A model generated the notes under the pieces. That model saw nothing but the letters and a program-made list of their open reading frames with translations. It was not told the origin of the DNA and made no database searches. DNA of 64,000 nucleotides, taken from positions 81,833-145,832 of the forward strand of contig CAVONR010000018.1 of assembly GCA_963697325.1 (NCBI GenBank), given 5' to 3'. Origin of the DNA: an uncultured Alphaproteobacteria bacterium. GTDB taxonomy: Bacteria; Pseudomonadota; Alphaproteobacteria; Rhizobiales; Rhizobiaceae. Each line of letters opens with the position of its first letter. Position 1 is the stretch's first letter. This document shows, one piece after another, positions 23,474 to 37,130 of the stretch. Position numbers and translations under genes: made by a program.

Positions 23474-24445
23474 TCAAGAGAACAGAAGCGATGAAAGGCG
23501 GCGGCGGCCATAAAGCGTCGCCGGATCGGCCGGACCCCAAGCCTCGAAGAAGGTCACGAGTTGCGCGCGCGCCCCGTCGTCGCGCCATTTGCGGTCGCGC
23601 TGGACGATGGCGAGAAGTTCGTCCGCCGCCTCCTCGCGCTGGCCCATGGCATTGTAGATCAGCGCAAGGTCGAAGCGCGCGTCGTAATCCTTGGGGTTCT
23701 GCGCGATGCGCTGCTGCAAGGCAGTCGGGTCGCCGAGTTTGGCGGCCTGCTCGGCAAGGTCGATGGCCGCGCGCAGCGAGGCAACGGCGGGATCGCCCGC
23801 CTTTTCGGCAGGCACCGCCGCGAGCATGCCCTTGGCCTGCTCGATCTCGCCCATGTCGAGGTAAAGCCCGCCAAGCCCCACCATGGCCGCGACATTTTGC
23901 GGCTCGTGCTGGAGGATCGCGGCGTAAAGGTTCGCCGCCTCGGCCGGCTGGCCTTCCTGCGCGAGCCTTGCCGCGTCTTCGAGCGCCATTTCGACCTGCG
24001 AGGGACCGGCTGGGCCGGTCAGCTTTTCGAGGAAACGCTTGATCTCGCCCTCGGGCTTGGCGCCCATGAAGGCATCCTTCGGCCGGCCGTCGACGAAGGC
24101 GACGACCGCCGGAATGGACTGGATGCCCATCTGGCCCGGAATTTCGGGATGATCGTCGATGTTCATCTTGACCAGCTTGACCGCGCCGCGAAGCGCGCTG
24201 ACCGCTCGCTCGAGCGCCGGCTGGAGCTGCTTGCACGGGCCGCACCACGGCGCCCAGAAATCGACCAGCACGGGGCGCTGGTGCGATGCCTCGATCACCT
24301 CGGCCATGAACTGCGCGGTGCTGATGTCCTTGACCGGCTCGGGTCCGGCAGGAGCGGCAGATGCCGGTTGCGCGCCGAAGGAAGCGCCCCAGCTCGCCCC
24401 GAACTGGCCGCCATTGCCGCCGGAATAGGTGTTGTCCGCGCTCAT
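23474..24445 (-). CDS. thioredoxin-domain/TPR co-chaperone (YbbN-like)
   Basis: Thioredoxin motif FWAPWCGPCK followed by a TPR-like C-terminal half. The ATG at 24445 is preferred because GGAG lies 6 nt upstream and it avoids overlap with the upstream gene. Confidence 0.85.
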   Translation of the reverse strand: MSADNTYSGGNGGQFGASWGASFGAQPASAAPAGPEPVKDISTAQFMAEVIEASHQRPVLVDFWAPWCGPCKQLQPALERAVSALRGAVKLVKMNIDDHPEIPGQMGIQSIPAVVAFVDGRPKDAFMGAKPEGEIKRFLEKLTGPAGPSQVEMALEDAARLAQEGQPAEAANLYAAILQHEPQNVAAMVGLGGLYLDMGEIEQAKGMLAAVPAEKAGDPAVASLRAAIDLAEQAAKLGDPTALQQRIAQNPKDYDARFDLALIYNAMGQREEAADELLAIVQRDRKWRDDGARAQLVTFFEAWGPADPATLYGRRRLSSLLFS

Positions 24446-24458
24446 TGCGTGCTCCGAT

Positions 24459-25010
24459 TCATTGTCCCTCACCCGTGCTCGCCGCTTCCGGCGCCTGCGA
24501 CAGCGCCGCGATCAACGGCGCATGCCCGCAGGCTTCCAGGAAGCGCAGCAGGTCTTCCCTCGAAATGGTGGTTGTCATCGTGTTCGTCAATGGATGGCAG
24601 TTGACGAGCGGGCTTGCAAGCAGCGCCTCGTCGACCACGACCTTGACGTTGCCGCCGATGTCGTTGACCGCCGCGAAGGCCGTGACCGAGCCCGGCGTGA
24701 CGCCCAGATATTCCATCAGCTTTTCGGCATTGGCGAAGGACAGCCGGCTCTTGCCGCCGACGAGGTTGTGCACCTGGTTCATCGGGATCTGCGCCGAACC
24801 TTCCGCCACGATCAGGAAGTAATTGTCCTTCTTGTCCTTGACGAAGAGGTTCTTGGTATGCGCGCCGGGGATCGCCTCCTTGACGTGCCGGCTCTCCTCC
24901 ACCGTGAACACCGCCTCGTGCTCGTGGTTCTTGAAGGGGATGGCGAGTTCGCCAAGGCGGGCAAGCAGCCCGGCCGGCGTCAGGTGCGCGTTGGATGCGT
25001 GGTCGCTCAT
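24459..25010 (-). CDS. prolyl-tRNA synthetase-associated (YbaK/ProX-type) deacylase domain protein
   Basis: Contains FTVEES..AIPGAHTKNLFVKDKK..VTPGSVT..NCHPL. The start is ambiguous between 25010 and 25046. Confidence 0.75.
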   Translation of the reverse strand: MSDHASNAHLTPAGLLARLGELAIPFKNHEHEAVFTVEESRHVKEAIPGAHTKNLFVKDKKDNYFLIVAEGSAQIPMNQVHNLVGGKSRLSFANAEKLMEYLGVTPGSVTAFAAVNDIGGNVKVVVDEALLASPLVNCHPLTNTMTTTISREDLLRFLEACGHAPLIAALSQAPEAASTGEGQ

Positions 25011-25187
25011 GCGGATATCCGGTGCGATCAATCGAAACGTCGCCATGGTCTAGTCATTGCGCGGCAATTGATCAACATTGCGTACGGCGCTTTGGCATGG
25101 CGTGCGGCCGACAAAATTCCTGTTGCATTCGAAATTGGCTTGCGCCATACACGCCGCACTGTCCGTCCGGCGCAAGCCGGCGCGTGA

Positions 25188-25262
25188 GCGGGTGTAGCTC
25201 AGGGGTAGAGCACAACCTTGCCAAGGTTGGGGTCGAGGGTTCGAATCCCTTCGCCCGCTCCA
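25188..25262 (+). tRNA. tRNA-Gly (anticodon GCC)
   Basis: Cloverleaf read by hand: acceptor GCGGGTG/CGCCCGC, D arm GCTC..GAGC, anticodon stem CAACC/GGTTG with loop TTGCCAA, T arm GAGGG-TTCGAAT-CCCTT, and an encoded CCA. Confidence 0.95.
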
Positions 25263-25428
25263 GTTTTTCCCATTTCGATCAGGCCAGAGCGATTTCCCGG
25301 CAACGGGACCGGCGCATGCGCGCGCATTGCTCGTTCATCCCCGGTTGACGGATCGTCCGCGGCGGCACACTTTCGCGTTGCCGTCCGCATTGCCATATGC
25401 AGGCCAGACGAAATCCGAGGGACTTTCC

Positions 25429-26340
25429 ATGTCGATCAGACCCGCAAACCGCGTCATCAAGGCCCAGCCCACGATGGAGGGCGCCGGCGTTCACCTGCAC
25501 CGTGCCTTCGGCTTTTCGGAGCCGGAAATGGCCGACCCGTTCCTGCTGTTCGACGATTTCCGCAACGACCAGCCGGCGCATTTCATGAAGGGCTTCCCCT
25601 GGCACCCGCATCGCGGCATCGAGACGATCACCTATGTTCTGGCCGGACAGGTCGAGCATGGCGACAGCCTCGGCAATCGCGGCGTGCTCGGCGCGGGCGA
25701 CGTGCAGTGGATGACGGCGGGCAGCGGCATTCTGCACCAGGAAATGCCGCAGGGCGATGTCTTCGGGCGCATGCACGGCTTCCAGCTCTGGGCGAACCTG
25801 CCTTCGTCGTTGAAGATGACCGATCCGCGCTATCAGGACGTGAAGTCGGACGCTATCCCGGTCTTGTCCGATGATGACGAGGGCACGGCGATCCGCGTCA
25901 TCTGCGGCAATTACAAGGGCGTTGGCGGGCCGGTGGACGGCATCGCGGCGGAGCCGAATTATTTCGACATCTCCATTCCGGCCGGCAAGCGCAAGCGCTT
26001 CAAGGTCGATACGCACCGCAAGGCCTTCGCCTATATCTTCGAGGGCTCGGCGCGTTTCGCCGGCGCTTCCGGGCCGCAGGGCGTGCTGACGGAGAAGGAG
26101 TTCGAGGGCGAGGAAATCCTGCTGCTCGACCAGACCGGCAACCGCCACATGGTGCTGTTCGGCTCCGGCGACGAGGTGGTTGTGGAGGCGGGCGAGAAGG
26201 GGGTGCGCTTCCTGCTCGTCTCGGGCGCTCCGATCCGCGAGCCGATCGCCTGGCACGGGCCGATCGTCATGAACACCCGCGAGGAACTGATGCAGGCGAT
26301 GCGCGACTTGCAGGCCGGCACGTTCATCAAGGCGGCCTGA
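25429..26340 (+). CDS. pirin family protein
   Basis: Contains GFPWHPHRGIETITYVL.G...H.DS.GN, the pirin cupin metal-binding motif. ATG at 25429. Confidence 0.9.
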   Translation: MSIRPANRVIKAQPTMEGAGVHLHRAFGFSEPEMADPFLLFDDFRNDQPAHFMKGFPWHPHRGIETITYVLAGQVEHGDSLGNRGVLGAGDVQWMTAGSGILHQEMPQGDVFGRMHGFQLWANLPSSLKMTDPRYQDVKSDAIPVLSDDDEGTAIRVICGNYKGVGGPVDGIAAEPNYFDISIPAGKRKRFKVDTHRKAFAYIFEGSARFAGASGPQGVLTEKEFEGEEILLLDQTGNRHMVLFGSGDEVVVEAGEKGVRFLLVSGAPIREPIAWHGPIVMNTREELMQAMRDLQAGTFIKAA

Positions 26341-26359
26341 GGTTTCGGTACAAAAGAAT

Positions 26360-26387
26360 GCCCGGTCCTGCGGGGCCGGGCTTTTTT
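26360..26387. terminator. bidirectional intrinsic terminator between pirin gene and dnaE2
   Basis: GC hairpin GCCCGG..CCGGGC followed by TTTTTT on the plus strand. The minus strand has a U-rich tail after the same hairpin. The dnaE2 stop is at 26392. Confidence 0.6.
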
Positions 26388-26391
26388 GCGC

Positions 26392-29800
<3,409 letters not shown>

Positions 29801-29804
<4 letters not shown>

Positions 29805-31496
29805 GCGAAGAGCCCGTGCACGAACCAGCGCGGCGGCGCGTCGCCCTCGCCATGCAGGCCCTCGCGGAAAAGCCAGAACCTGCGGCCGCCCGAATCCTCG
29901 ATCCGGTAGTAGTCGCGCGCGCGCGCATCGCCCTGCCACCATTGCCCGGCCAGGCGCTCGGGCCCTTCGGCCCGCACCACGTCGTGCAGCAGGCGGCGCC
30001 AGCGAAAACGCAGCGGCGGCCCGTCCGGAACCTCGGCCAGCGCCTCCACCGCCTGCGGGCCGGGCAAACAGCCGCAGCGGCCGCAGCGGCGGAAGGTCCT
30101 GGACGGCTTGCGCAGGATGGGAGGCTTGGGCCGGAACCTCGCTTGCGGGCAGCAGTCTTTCGGCCTGCTCGGGAATGTGGGTGTCGCGAGGGCTGGCCCG
30201 CAGCACGCTCCTGATGCCGAGGCGCGCGGCCAGCCTGTCGGCAAGCCCGGCGACGGCCTCCTGCGCGTCATCAAAGGAAGCATTGGCGAAGGAAGGCTCG
30301 GCCGGATCGAAGCGCTCGCAGGCCGACACCGAAAGACGGACAATGTCGAAGCCGCAGCCGGCATCGAGATCGTCATGCAGCGCCGCCAGCCTTTCGTGGA
30401 ACAGGCGGGCGATCGCGTCCGGGTCGCGCAGGGGCCGCGACGTGCCGACGCCGGTGCGGGTGACCGCGCCATCGACGCGAAACAGCGCCAGGTCGATGAT
30501 GCGCGCGCCCTCGCCGCGCTGCTCCATCGCCTCGCACAGATTGACGGCGAGGCGGCGCAGCAGGGTTTCGACATCCTCGATGCTGACGACGGGCGTCGCC
30601 AGGCGGCGCTCGGCCATGCGCACCGGCGCGGGCAGGCGCGGGGAAATGGCCTCCTCCACCGCGCCCAGCGCCTGGTCGAGCCGCAGCAGCAGGGCCTTGC
30701 CGAAGCGGCGCGCCAGCGGTGCGCGCGGGCGCTCCATCACCTGGCCGATGCTGCGCAAGCCAAGCCGGGCAAGGGCGGAAACCGTCTCCTGCTCCAGCCG
30801 CAATGCGGCGAGCGGCAGGGCGGCCACGGCCCTGGCGGTGTCCTCAAGGGAAACTATCGACGGGGCTTGCCGCTGATCCCCGCAGGGGCGGTAGCGCGCC
30901 AGCGCATGGGCAGCCCCGGGGGTCGCGGCGATCGCGCCGCCGGCGGCGAAGCCCTGGTGGAAAAGCCGCGAGAGGATGTCACAAAGCATTGCGCCCTCGC
31001 CGCCGAAAAGATTGGCGCAGCCGGTGATGTCGAGGATGAGGCCGAAATCGGAGGATGCGGCGGCAAGGGTGGAACGGTCGGCCTGCGGGCCGGGATCGAG
31101 CGCCACCAGCGGCGTATAGCGATCGGCCCAGTCGGCGATCGCCTCCAGCAATTGCATGTCGGCGAGCGGGTCCTCCTCGATCACCTCGATGGCGGGGGCG
31201 ATGGCGCGTGCATCGCTCAGGCCCATGCCGCGCGAAAGCCCGGCGGATGCCGCCTTCTCGTCAAGCGCGACAAGCCGAATGGCATTGCCGCGCCGGCCCA
31301 CCACCACCAGCGGCGGGGTCTCAGGAGGCGCGGCGAGCCGCCATGCCGGGCCGTGGCGCAGCCGCGCCAGCCGGTCCGTTGGCAGCGCGGTGAGGGTGAT
31401 GCACAGGTAGCGGCGCGCCGGCAGGGCCTGCGGGCGTGAAAGCGGCAGCGGGGCTGCGCATTGCACCGGACTTGAAAGGGGCAAACAGGCGTTCAT
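29801..31496 (-). pseudogene. imuB: Y-family polymerase-like protein ImuB, one frameshift
   Basis: N-terminal ..RYLCITLTALPTDRL.. and a Y-family fold. A frame change near 30060 restores ..FRWRRLLHDVVRAEGPERLAGQWW..RDYYRIEDSGGRRFWLFREG..WFVHGLFA*. Confidence 0.85.
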
Positions 31497-32343
31497 CGCT
31501 TTTCCACTCCATGATCCATTCGCCGGGCTGTCCGCCCCGGCATTTTTCCAGCGTCACGGCGAAGGCGGGCGGGCCCAGCCATTTGCGGCCCGATCCCTGG
31601 GCTGCGCCCTCACCGAGGCCTTGGGGCGCTGAAGGGGCGGGGGCGACGCGCCAGCGGGTGAGGGCGGCGCTTGCCTCCTCGCCGCCGCCCTGGCGCAGCA
31701 CGATGACCGGCACGCGCGACTGGCGGGCGCGCAAGGCGAGGCGGCGCGAAAAGGCAAGGTCGGCCTTGGCCGGATTGCCCCGCATTTCCAGCAGGCACAG
31801 GCCGGCACCCTTGTGCGCGGCGACCTCGCCCGCGGCCCACAGCGCGTCGGCGGTGTTGTCGACAAAGACGCGGATGAGTTCGGCATCGCCAAGGCCGAGC
31901 GCGGCAAGGCCGGGTCCGTACAGGAGGCCCGCCTCGTTGCGAGCCTCGCTTGCGGCGATCCAGAACATCGCCCTGGGATTGCCGGACGGGCAGCCGCATT
32001 CGAGCGCCCTTACCCCCAATGCGAGGGCAAAGGCCGTGGCGGCTGCGGCATCGAGGCCGGTTTGCGCGCGCACTTCGTGCAGGGCGGCGGCGGGAACGGG
32101 GGAGGCGGCATGGCGGCCACGCAGCATGGCGTCGATCTCATCGATGCCGAGCGCAAGGCAAGGTCCGGTGTCGCGCTCGCCGCCCTCTTCCATGGAGGGC
32201 GCGCGGTTCTCGATTTTCGCGATGCGCGCGCCGAGTTCTGCAACAATGCCCGATGCCGGACGGGCAGGGCTGGCCTGCGCCGAAGTTGCGGTCACCTGCG
32301 TTGCGGCAGTTCCAGTCACGGCAATACCTTTCCTGTCACGCAA
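31321..32343 (-). CDS. imuA: translesion DNA synthesis-associated protein ImuA (SulA/RecA-like)
   Basis: Positioned first in the imuA-imuB-dnaE2 cassette. Contains ..IAKIE..GALHEV-type motif (AAALHEVRA). The 3' end is uncertain because the ORF runs 176 nt into imuB. Confidence 0.7.
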   Translation of the reverse strand: MRDRKGIAVTGTAATQVTATSAQASPARPASGIVAELGARIAKIENRAPSMEEGGERDTGPCLALGIDEIDAMLRGRHAASPVPAAALHEVRAQTGLDAAAATAFALALGVRALECGCPSGNPRAMFWIAASEARNEAGLLYGPGLAALGLGDAELIRVFVDNTADALWAAGEVAAHKGAGLCLLEMRGNPAKADLAFSRRLALRARQSRVPVIVLRQGGGEEASAALTRWRVAPAPSAPQGLGEGAAQGSGRKWLGPPAFAVTLEKCRGGQPGEWIMEWKSDERLFAPFKSGAMRSPAAAFTPAGPAGAPLPVHHPHRAANGPAGAAAPRPGMAARRAS

Positions 32344-32422
32344 AGCCTTGCGGGCCTTCCATGTGCAAATTCAAACCGCCCTGATTCAACCGTCTGGATC
32401 AAACCGTGCGGAGCGGAGAAAT

Positions 32423-32437
32423 GTTCCTGTTATGTTC
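32423..32437. promoter_or_regulatory. alphaproteobacterial LexA (SOS) box GTTC-N7-GTTC
   Basis: GTTCCTGTTATGTTC lies 80-94 nt upstream of the imuA ATG. The cassette is a classical SOS regulon member. Confidence 0.65.
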
Positions 32438-32586
32438 TTATAGATTCCGGAACACCAACCTTGAGTCAAGCAGAGTCTTTGCGGCGGGCAGAGAATTTTT
32501 TCCTATCGCTCCGGTATCATGCGGCCCTCCCTCGCAAAGCTGCCCGTGCAGGTCTATATGAACCGCGTTGGACCAACGGGGTTGAC

Positions 32587-33018
32587 ATGGGCAGCATCAA
32601 CGATCCCGCGCAGTTGCGCTCATGGCATGACAGGCTTTCGCCTTCGCTTGCCGAATTCGAGCAGCTCGCCGCGCATGCCTATCGCAACATGCCCGAGGAA
32701 TTCCTCGCGCTGACGGGCGACATCATGATCCGCGTCGCCGATTTTCCCGAGGACGACGTGCTTGACGAACTGGGGCTGGAGACACCCTACGACCTGCTCG
32801 GCCTGTTCGAGGGGCGCGGCATCGCCGACAAGTGGAATCCGGGAACCGGCGAGTGGCCGAACCGCATCACGCTGTTCCGCAGGCCCATCCTCGACTACTG
32901 GGCCGAGAACGAGGAAACGCTGGGCGACATCGTCACCCATGTGCTGATCCACGAGATCGGCCATCATTTCGGCATGTCGGACGACGACATGGAGCGGATC
33001 GAGACCGCAGCCGGCTAG
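32587..33018 (+). CDS. small zinc metallopeptidase-like protein (HExxH)
   Basis: 143-aa reading from the ATG at 32587, with the motif VLIHEIGHHFGMSDDDM. Confidence 0.75.
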   Translation: MGSINDPAQLRSWHDRLSPSLAEFEQLAAHAYRNMPEEFLALTGDIMIRVADFPEDDVLDELGLETPYDLLGLFEGRGIADKWNPGTGEWPNRITLFRRPILDYWAENEETLGDIVTHVLIHEIGHHFGMSDDDMERIETAAG

Positions 33019-33030
33019 GCCCCGAAAGGC

Positions 33031-33237
33031 TCAGTATTCGCCCAGCTTGCGGTGCGGATCGTAGGCTTCTTCCGTTTCCTTGATCACCGCCTGGCCGCAA
33101 TGCATCTGGCCCGTCGAGGCGTTGAAGGCATAGGAGGGCGCGCCGTGCAGCAGCCAGCCTTCCGACAAGGCCTTGGAAACGCGATGGCAAAAGGCCGAAT
33201 CGTCGGGGCCGGTAATGAAGCGGTAAATCGTCGTCAT
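33031..33237 (-). CDS. DUF1737-like small protein
   Basis: 68 aa beginning MTTIYRFITGPDDSAFCHRVSKALSEGWLLHG. Family assigned from recalled resemblance. Confidence 0.65.
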   Translation of the reverse strand: MTTIYRFITGPDDSAFCHRVSKALSEGWLLHGAPSYAFNASTGQMHCGQAVIKETEEAYDPHRKLGEY

Positions 33238-33399
33238 CGTAACTTCCTGCTCTAACGCACTGGACATGGCTTGACGGTCATGGAATGGAACCGCGCGCAG
33301 GGCAAGGCCCTGCCGGGGCGGGCGTGATTTTCGCCCCGGATGCATTGGCTTTCAAGCCGCACGCAAATCGGCGGCACGAAAAACGGCGGCGTGAAAAGC

Positions 33400-34572
33400 A
33401 TGGGCGCTTCAGAAAACTTCGACATCGTCATCATCGGCGGCGCGATCATGGGCACATCGAGCGCATTTCACCTGCGCGAGCAAGGCTTTGCCGGAACTGT
33501 CGCAGTGATCGAGCGCGACACCGGCTTTTCACGCTCGGCGACGGCCCTTTCGGCGGCAGGCATCCGCCAGCAATTCTCGATCGCGCAGAACATCGAACTC
33601 TCACGCGCCTCCCTGGAATTCTACAAGGGCTTCGAGGCGCGCTTCGGCGTTTCGGCCGGTTTCCAGCAGCATGGGTATCTGCTGCTTTCGCCGCCCGCCG
33701 GGCTGGAGATCCTGAAGGAAAACCATGCACTGCAGATCGCCCACGGCGCCGACATTGCGCTGGAGGGCCCGCAGGAATTGCAGCGCCGCCATCCCTGGCT
33801 GGCGGTGCATGGCATCGCGGCCGGAACGACGGGGCTTTCGGGTGAGGGCTGGTTCGATCCGTGGAGCGTGCTGGGCGAGTTGCGGGCGCAGAACCGCAAG
33901 AACGGCGTCGTCGAGATCAAGGGCGAGGCTGCGAGCATCACGGTCGAGAGCGGGCGCGCAACAGCCGTCGTGCTTGCCGACGGGACGCGGATCGGCTGCG
34001 ATGTTCTCGTCAATGCCGGCGGCACGAATTCCGGCAGGGTCGCGGCGATGGCCGGCATCGACCTTCCGGTCGAGCCGCGCAAGCGCACGGTGTTCCGCAT
34101 CAAATGCGCCAACCCGCCGCAGGGCATGCCGCTGACGGTCGATATCACCGGCGTCTGGGTTCGTCCCGAAGGCGCCGGTTTCATCACCGGCTATTCACCG
34201 CCAGAGCACGAGGACGGACCGGCGGACCCGAACGATTTCGAGCCGGACCATCATTTCTTCGAGGAGCAGATCTGGCCCGTGCTGGCCGACCGCATCCCGG
34301 CCTTCGAGGCATTGCGGGTGGAGGGCGCCTGGGCGGGGCATTACGACTACAACACCTTCGACCAGAACGCGCTGATCGGGCGGCATGACGGGTACGAGAA
34401 CATCCATTGCATCACCGGATTTTCCGGCCATGGCGTGCAGCAGGCGCCGGCAGCGGGGCGCGCGCTGGCCGAGCTGATCGTGCATGGCGGCTACCGCACG
34501 ATCGATTGCACGGCGTTTGCACCTTCGCGCATTGCCGCAAACCGGCCGTTTGCCGAACGCAATGTCATTTGA
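33400..34572 (+). CDS. FAD-dependent oxidoreductase (DAO family)
   Basis: N-terminal [17 protein letters not shown] dinucleotide fold, with [14 protein letters not shown] near the C-terminus. Confidence 0.85.
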   Translation: MGASENFDIVIIGGAIMGTSSAFHLREQGFAGTVAVIERDTGFSRSATALSAAGIRQQFSIAQNIELSRASLEFYKGFEARFGVSAGFQQHGYLLLSPPAGLEILKENHALQIAHGADIALEGPQELQRRHPWLAVHGIAAGTTGLSGEGWFDPWSVLGELRAQNRKNGVVEIKGEAASITVESGRATAVVLADGTRIGCDVLVNAGGTNSGRVAAMAGIDLPVEPRKRTVFRIKCANPPQGMPLTVDITGVWVRPEGAGFITGYSPPEHEDGPADPNDFEPDHHFFEEQIWPVLADRIPAFEALRVEGAWAGHYDYNTFDQNALIGRHDGYENIHCITGFSGHGVQQAPAAGRALAELIVHGGYRTIDCTAFAPSRIAANRPFAERNVI

Positions 34573-34661
34573 AGCGGCCGAAAAGCGGCGAGCGTGGCAC
34601 TCGACCCGCAGGGCCGATTGGTGTAAGTGCGCCTGAAACCCAAGCACCGGATGGCGTAAAC

Positions 34662-35268
34662 ATGCTGAAATTCACCACGCTCACTGCCGTCGCAGCGCCG
34701 CTGCCGATCATCAATGTCGACACCGACATGATCATCCCGAAGGATTACCTGAAGACGATCAAGCGCACGGGGCTGGGCAAGGGTCTGTTCTCGGACATGC
34801 GCTATGACGAAAGCGGCGCGGAAAACCCGAATTTCGTGCTGAACAAGCCGGCATACCGCAAGGCGCAGATCATCGTGGCGGGCGACAATTTCGGCTGCGG
34901 CTCGAGCCGCGAGCATGCGCCCTGGGCGCTGCTCGATTTCGGCATCCGCTGCGTGATCTCGACGAGCTTCGCCGACATCTTCTACAACAACTGCTTCAAG
35001 AACGGCATCCTGCCGGTGGTGGTGAGCCAGGAAGACCTCGACAAGCTGATGGACGATGCGCGGCGCGGCGCCAACGCGACGCTGACGGTCGATCTGGCAA
35101 CCCAGACGATCAAGGGTCCGGACGGCGGGCACGGTGCATTTCGACATCGACGAGGGCCGCAAGCACTGCCTGCTCAACGGCCTCGACGATATCGGCGAGA
35201 CGCTGCAAAAGGCGCCGCAGATCGATGCCTTCGAGAAGCGGATGGAATCGCACCGGCCCTGGGTCTGA
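34662..35268 (+). pseudogene. leuD: 3-isopropylmalate dehydratase small subunit, one frameshift
   Basis: Reads [42 protein letters not shown]. An extra G in the run at 35127-35129 breaks ..[30 protein letters not shown]. Confidence 0.9.
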
Positions 35269-35284
35269 CGAGAGCCGGCCTCAA

Positions 35285-35518
35285 ATGAAGCCCTTCGTTC
35301 ACAAGCGTCACGAACATATCGCGTTCGGCCTGCTGCTTTCGGGCATGATGTCGTTCATTGTCTCGGGCATCTCGACGGTGCTCGCGCGCGGCGTCACGTC
35401 CGCACTGCCACTGCAATGGCTCGGCGCGTGGGTTTCATCCTGGGCGATCGCCTTTCCCGCCGTGCTGGTGGTGGCGCCCTTCGTGCGGCGCATCCTGCAC
35501 CGGCTGGTCATTCCCTAG
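35285..35518 (+). CDS. DUF2798-like small membrane protein
   Basis: 77 aa with two hydrophobic helices ([20 protein letters not shown].., [15 protein letters not shown]). Confidence 0.65.
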   Translation: MKPFVHKRHEHIAFGLLLSGMMSFIVSGISTVLARGVTSALPLQWLGAWVSSWAIAFPAVLVVAPFVRRILHRLVIP

Positions 35519-35554
35519 CCGCGTTCCCCGTTTTTCTTTTCAAGGACAATCATC

Positions 35555-36669
35555 ATGGCTGCAAAGAAGCTCCTCCTCCTGCCGGGCGACGGCATCGGCC
35601 CCGAGGCCATGGCGGAGGTGGAAAAGATCATCGCCTTCATGAACGAGGCGATGGGCGCGGGCTTCGAGACCGAGCGCGGGCTGGTCGGCGGCTCCGCCTA
35701 TGACGCGCATGGGCAGGCGATCTCCGAAGACGACATGGCGAAGGCGCATGGCGGCCGATGCGGTGCTGTTCGGCGCGGTCGGCGGGCCGAAATGGGAGGA
35801 CGTGCCCTATGAGGTGCGGCCCGAGGCCGGGCTGCTGCGCCTGCGCAAGGACCTGGAGCTGTTCGCCAACCTGCGCCCGGCGATCTGCTATCCGGCGCTG
35901 CGCGATTCCTCCTCGCTGCAAGCCGGAGGTGGTCGAGGGCCTCGACATCCTGATCGTGCGCGAGCTGACCGGCGGCGTCTATTTCGGCGAGCCGAAGACG
36001 ATCATCGATCTCGGCAACGGCCAGAAGCGCGGCATCGACACGCAGGTCTACGACACCTTCGAGATCGAGCGCATTTCCGCCGTCGCCTTCGAGCTGGCGC
36101 GCACCCGCAACAACAAGGTGTGCTCGATGGAAAAGCGCAACGTGATGAAGTCGGGCGTGCTGTGGAACGAGGTGGTGACCGCCACGCACAAGGCGCGCTA
36201 TCCCGACGTCGAGCTCGTCGCACATGCTGGCCGACGCCGGCGGCATGCAGCTGGTGCGCTGGCCCAAGCAGTTCGACGTCATCGTCACCGACAATCTGTT
36301 CGGCGACATGCTCTCGGACGTCGCGGCCATGCTGACCGGCTCGCTCGGCATGCTGCCTTCGGCCTCGCTCGGCGCGCCGGATGCGATGACCGGCAAGCGC
36401 AAGGCGCTCTACGAGCCGGTGCACGGCTCGGCGCCCGACATCGCCGGCAAGGGCATCGCCAACCCGATCGCCATGATCGCCTCCTTCGCCATGTGCCTGC
36501 GCTACTCCTTCAACATGGTGCGCGAGGCCGACATGCTGGAGAAGGCGATCGCCGCGGTGCTCGACAAGGGCATCCGCACGGCGACATCATGAGCGAGGGC
36601 GCGCGCAAGGTCGGCACCGTCGAGATGGGCGATGCCATCCTTTCCGAATTCCGGGCGCTGGCTGCGTGA
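35555..36669 (+). pseudogene. leuB: 3-isopropylmalate dehydrogenase, several frameshifts
   Basis: Contains MAAKKLLLLPGDGIGPE.., ..LFANLRPA.., ..[15 protein letters not shown].., ..[21 protein letters not shown].., ..[13 protein letters not shown]...* spread over at least 4 frames. Confidence 0.9.
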
Positions 36670-37130
36670 CAGCGGGCGGACCGGCAAGCCCAGATGCGGC
36701 AGCCGGTTCCTTCGCGCGCCTGTTCCATTGTCTGGAAGGGCATTGGCGGCTGGAGAAATCCATGTCCGGCGGGCAGCATTTTGCCGGCACGGCGCTGTTC
36801 CAGCGTATGGCCGAAGACTGCCTGAGGCTGACGGAATCAGGCGTGCTGACCTTGCCGGATGCCCAGTTGCAGGCGGGGCGGGCGTGGGACTGGTTCCTTC
36901 GCCCCGACAGCCAGCTTGATATCCGCTATCCGCAAGAACATGGCGGCGCGCCCTATCACCTGCTGACGCCGGTCCGCGATGGCGAAGGCTGGTTCGGACA
37001 TGCCTCGCATTCGTGCGCGGCAGATGTCTACGACGCGGATTATCGCATCGGCGAAAAGGCGATGCTGATCGAACATCTGGTCCGCGGGCCGAACAAGGAC
37101 TACCGCGTTCAGGCGCGCTTCAGCCGCTGA
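36666..37130 (+). CDS. conserved hypothetical protein
   Basis: Intact 154-aa ORF whose GTG start overlaps the leuB stop (GTGA). No family assigned with confidence. Confidence 0.5.
   Translation: MTAGGPASPDAAAGSFARLFHCLEGHWRLEKSMSGGQHFAGTALFQRMAEDCLRLTESGVLTLPDAQLQAGRAWDWFLRPDSQLDIRYPQEHGGAPYHLLTPVRDGEGWFGHASHSCAADVYDADYRIGEKAMLIEHLVRGPNKDYRVQARFSR

Noticed and set aside
25188-26340. tRNA-Gly as a possible integration site for a genomic island
   Set aside because: No integrase, no repeat of the tRNA 3' end, and no compositional shift follow it. The next gene is an ordinary pirin gene.
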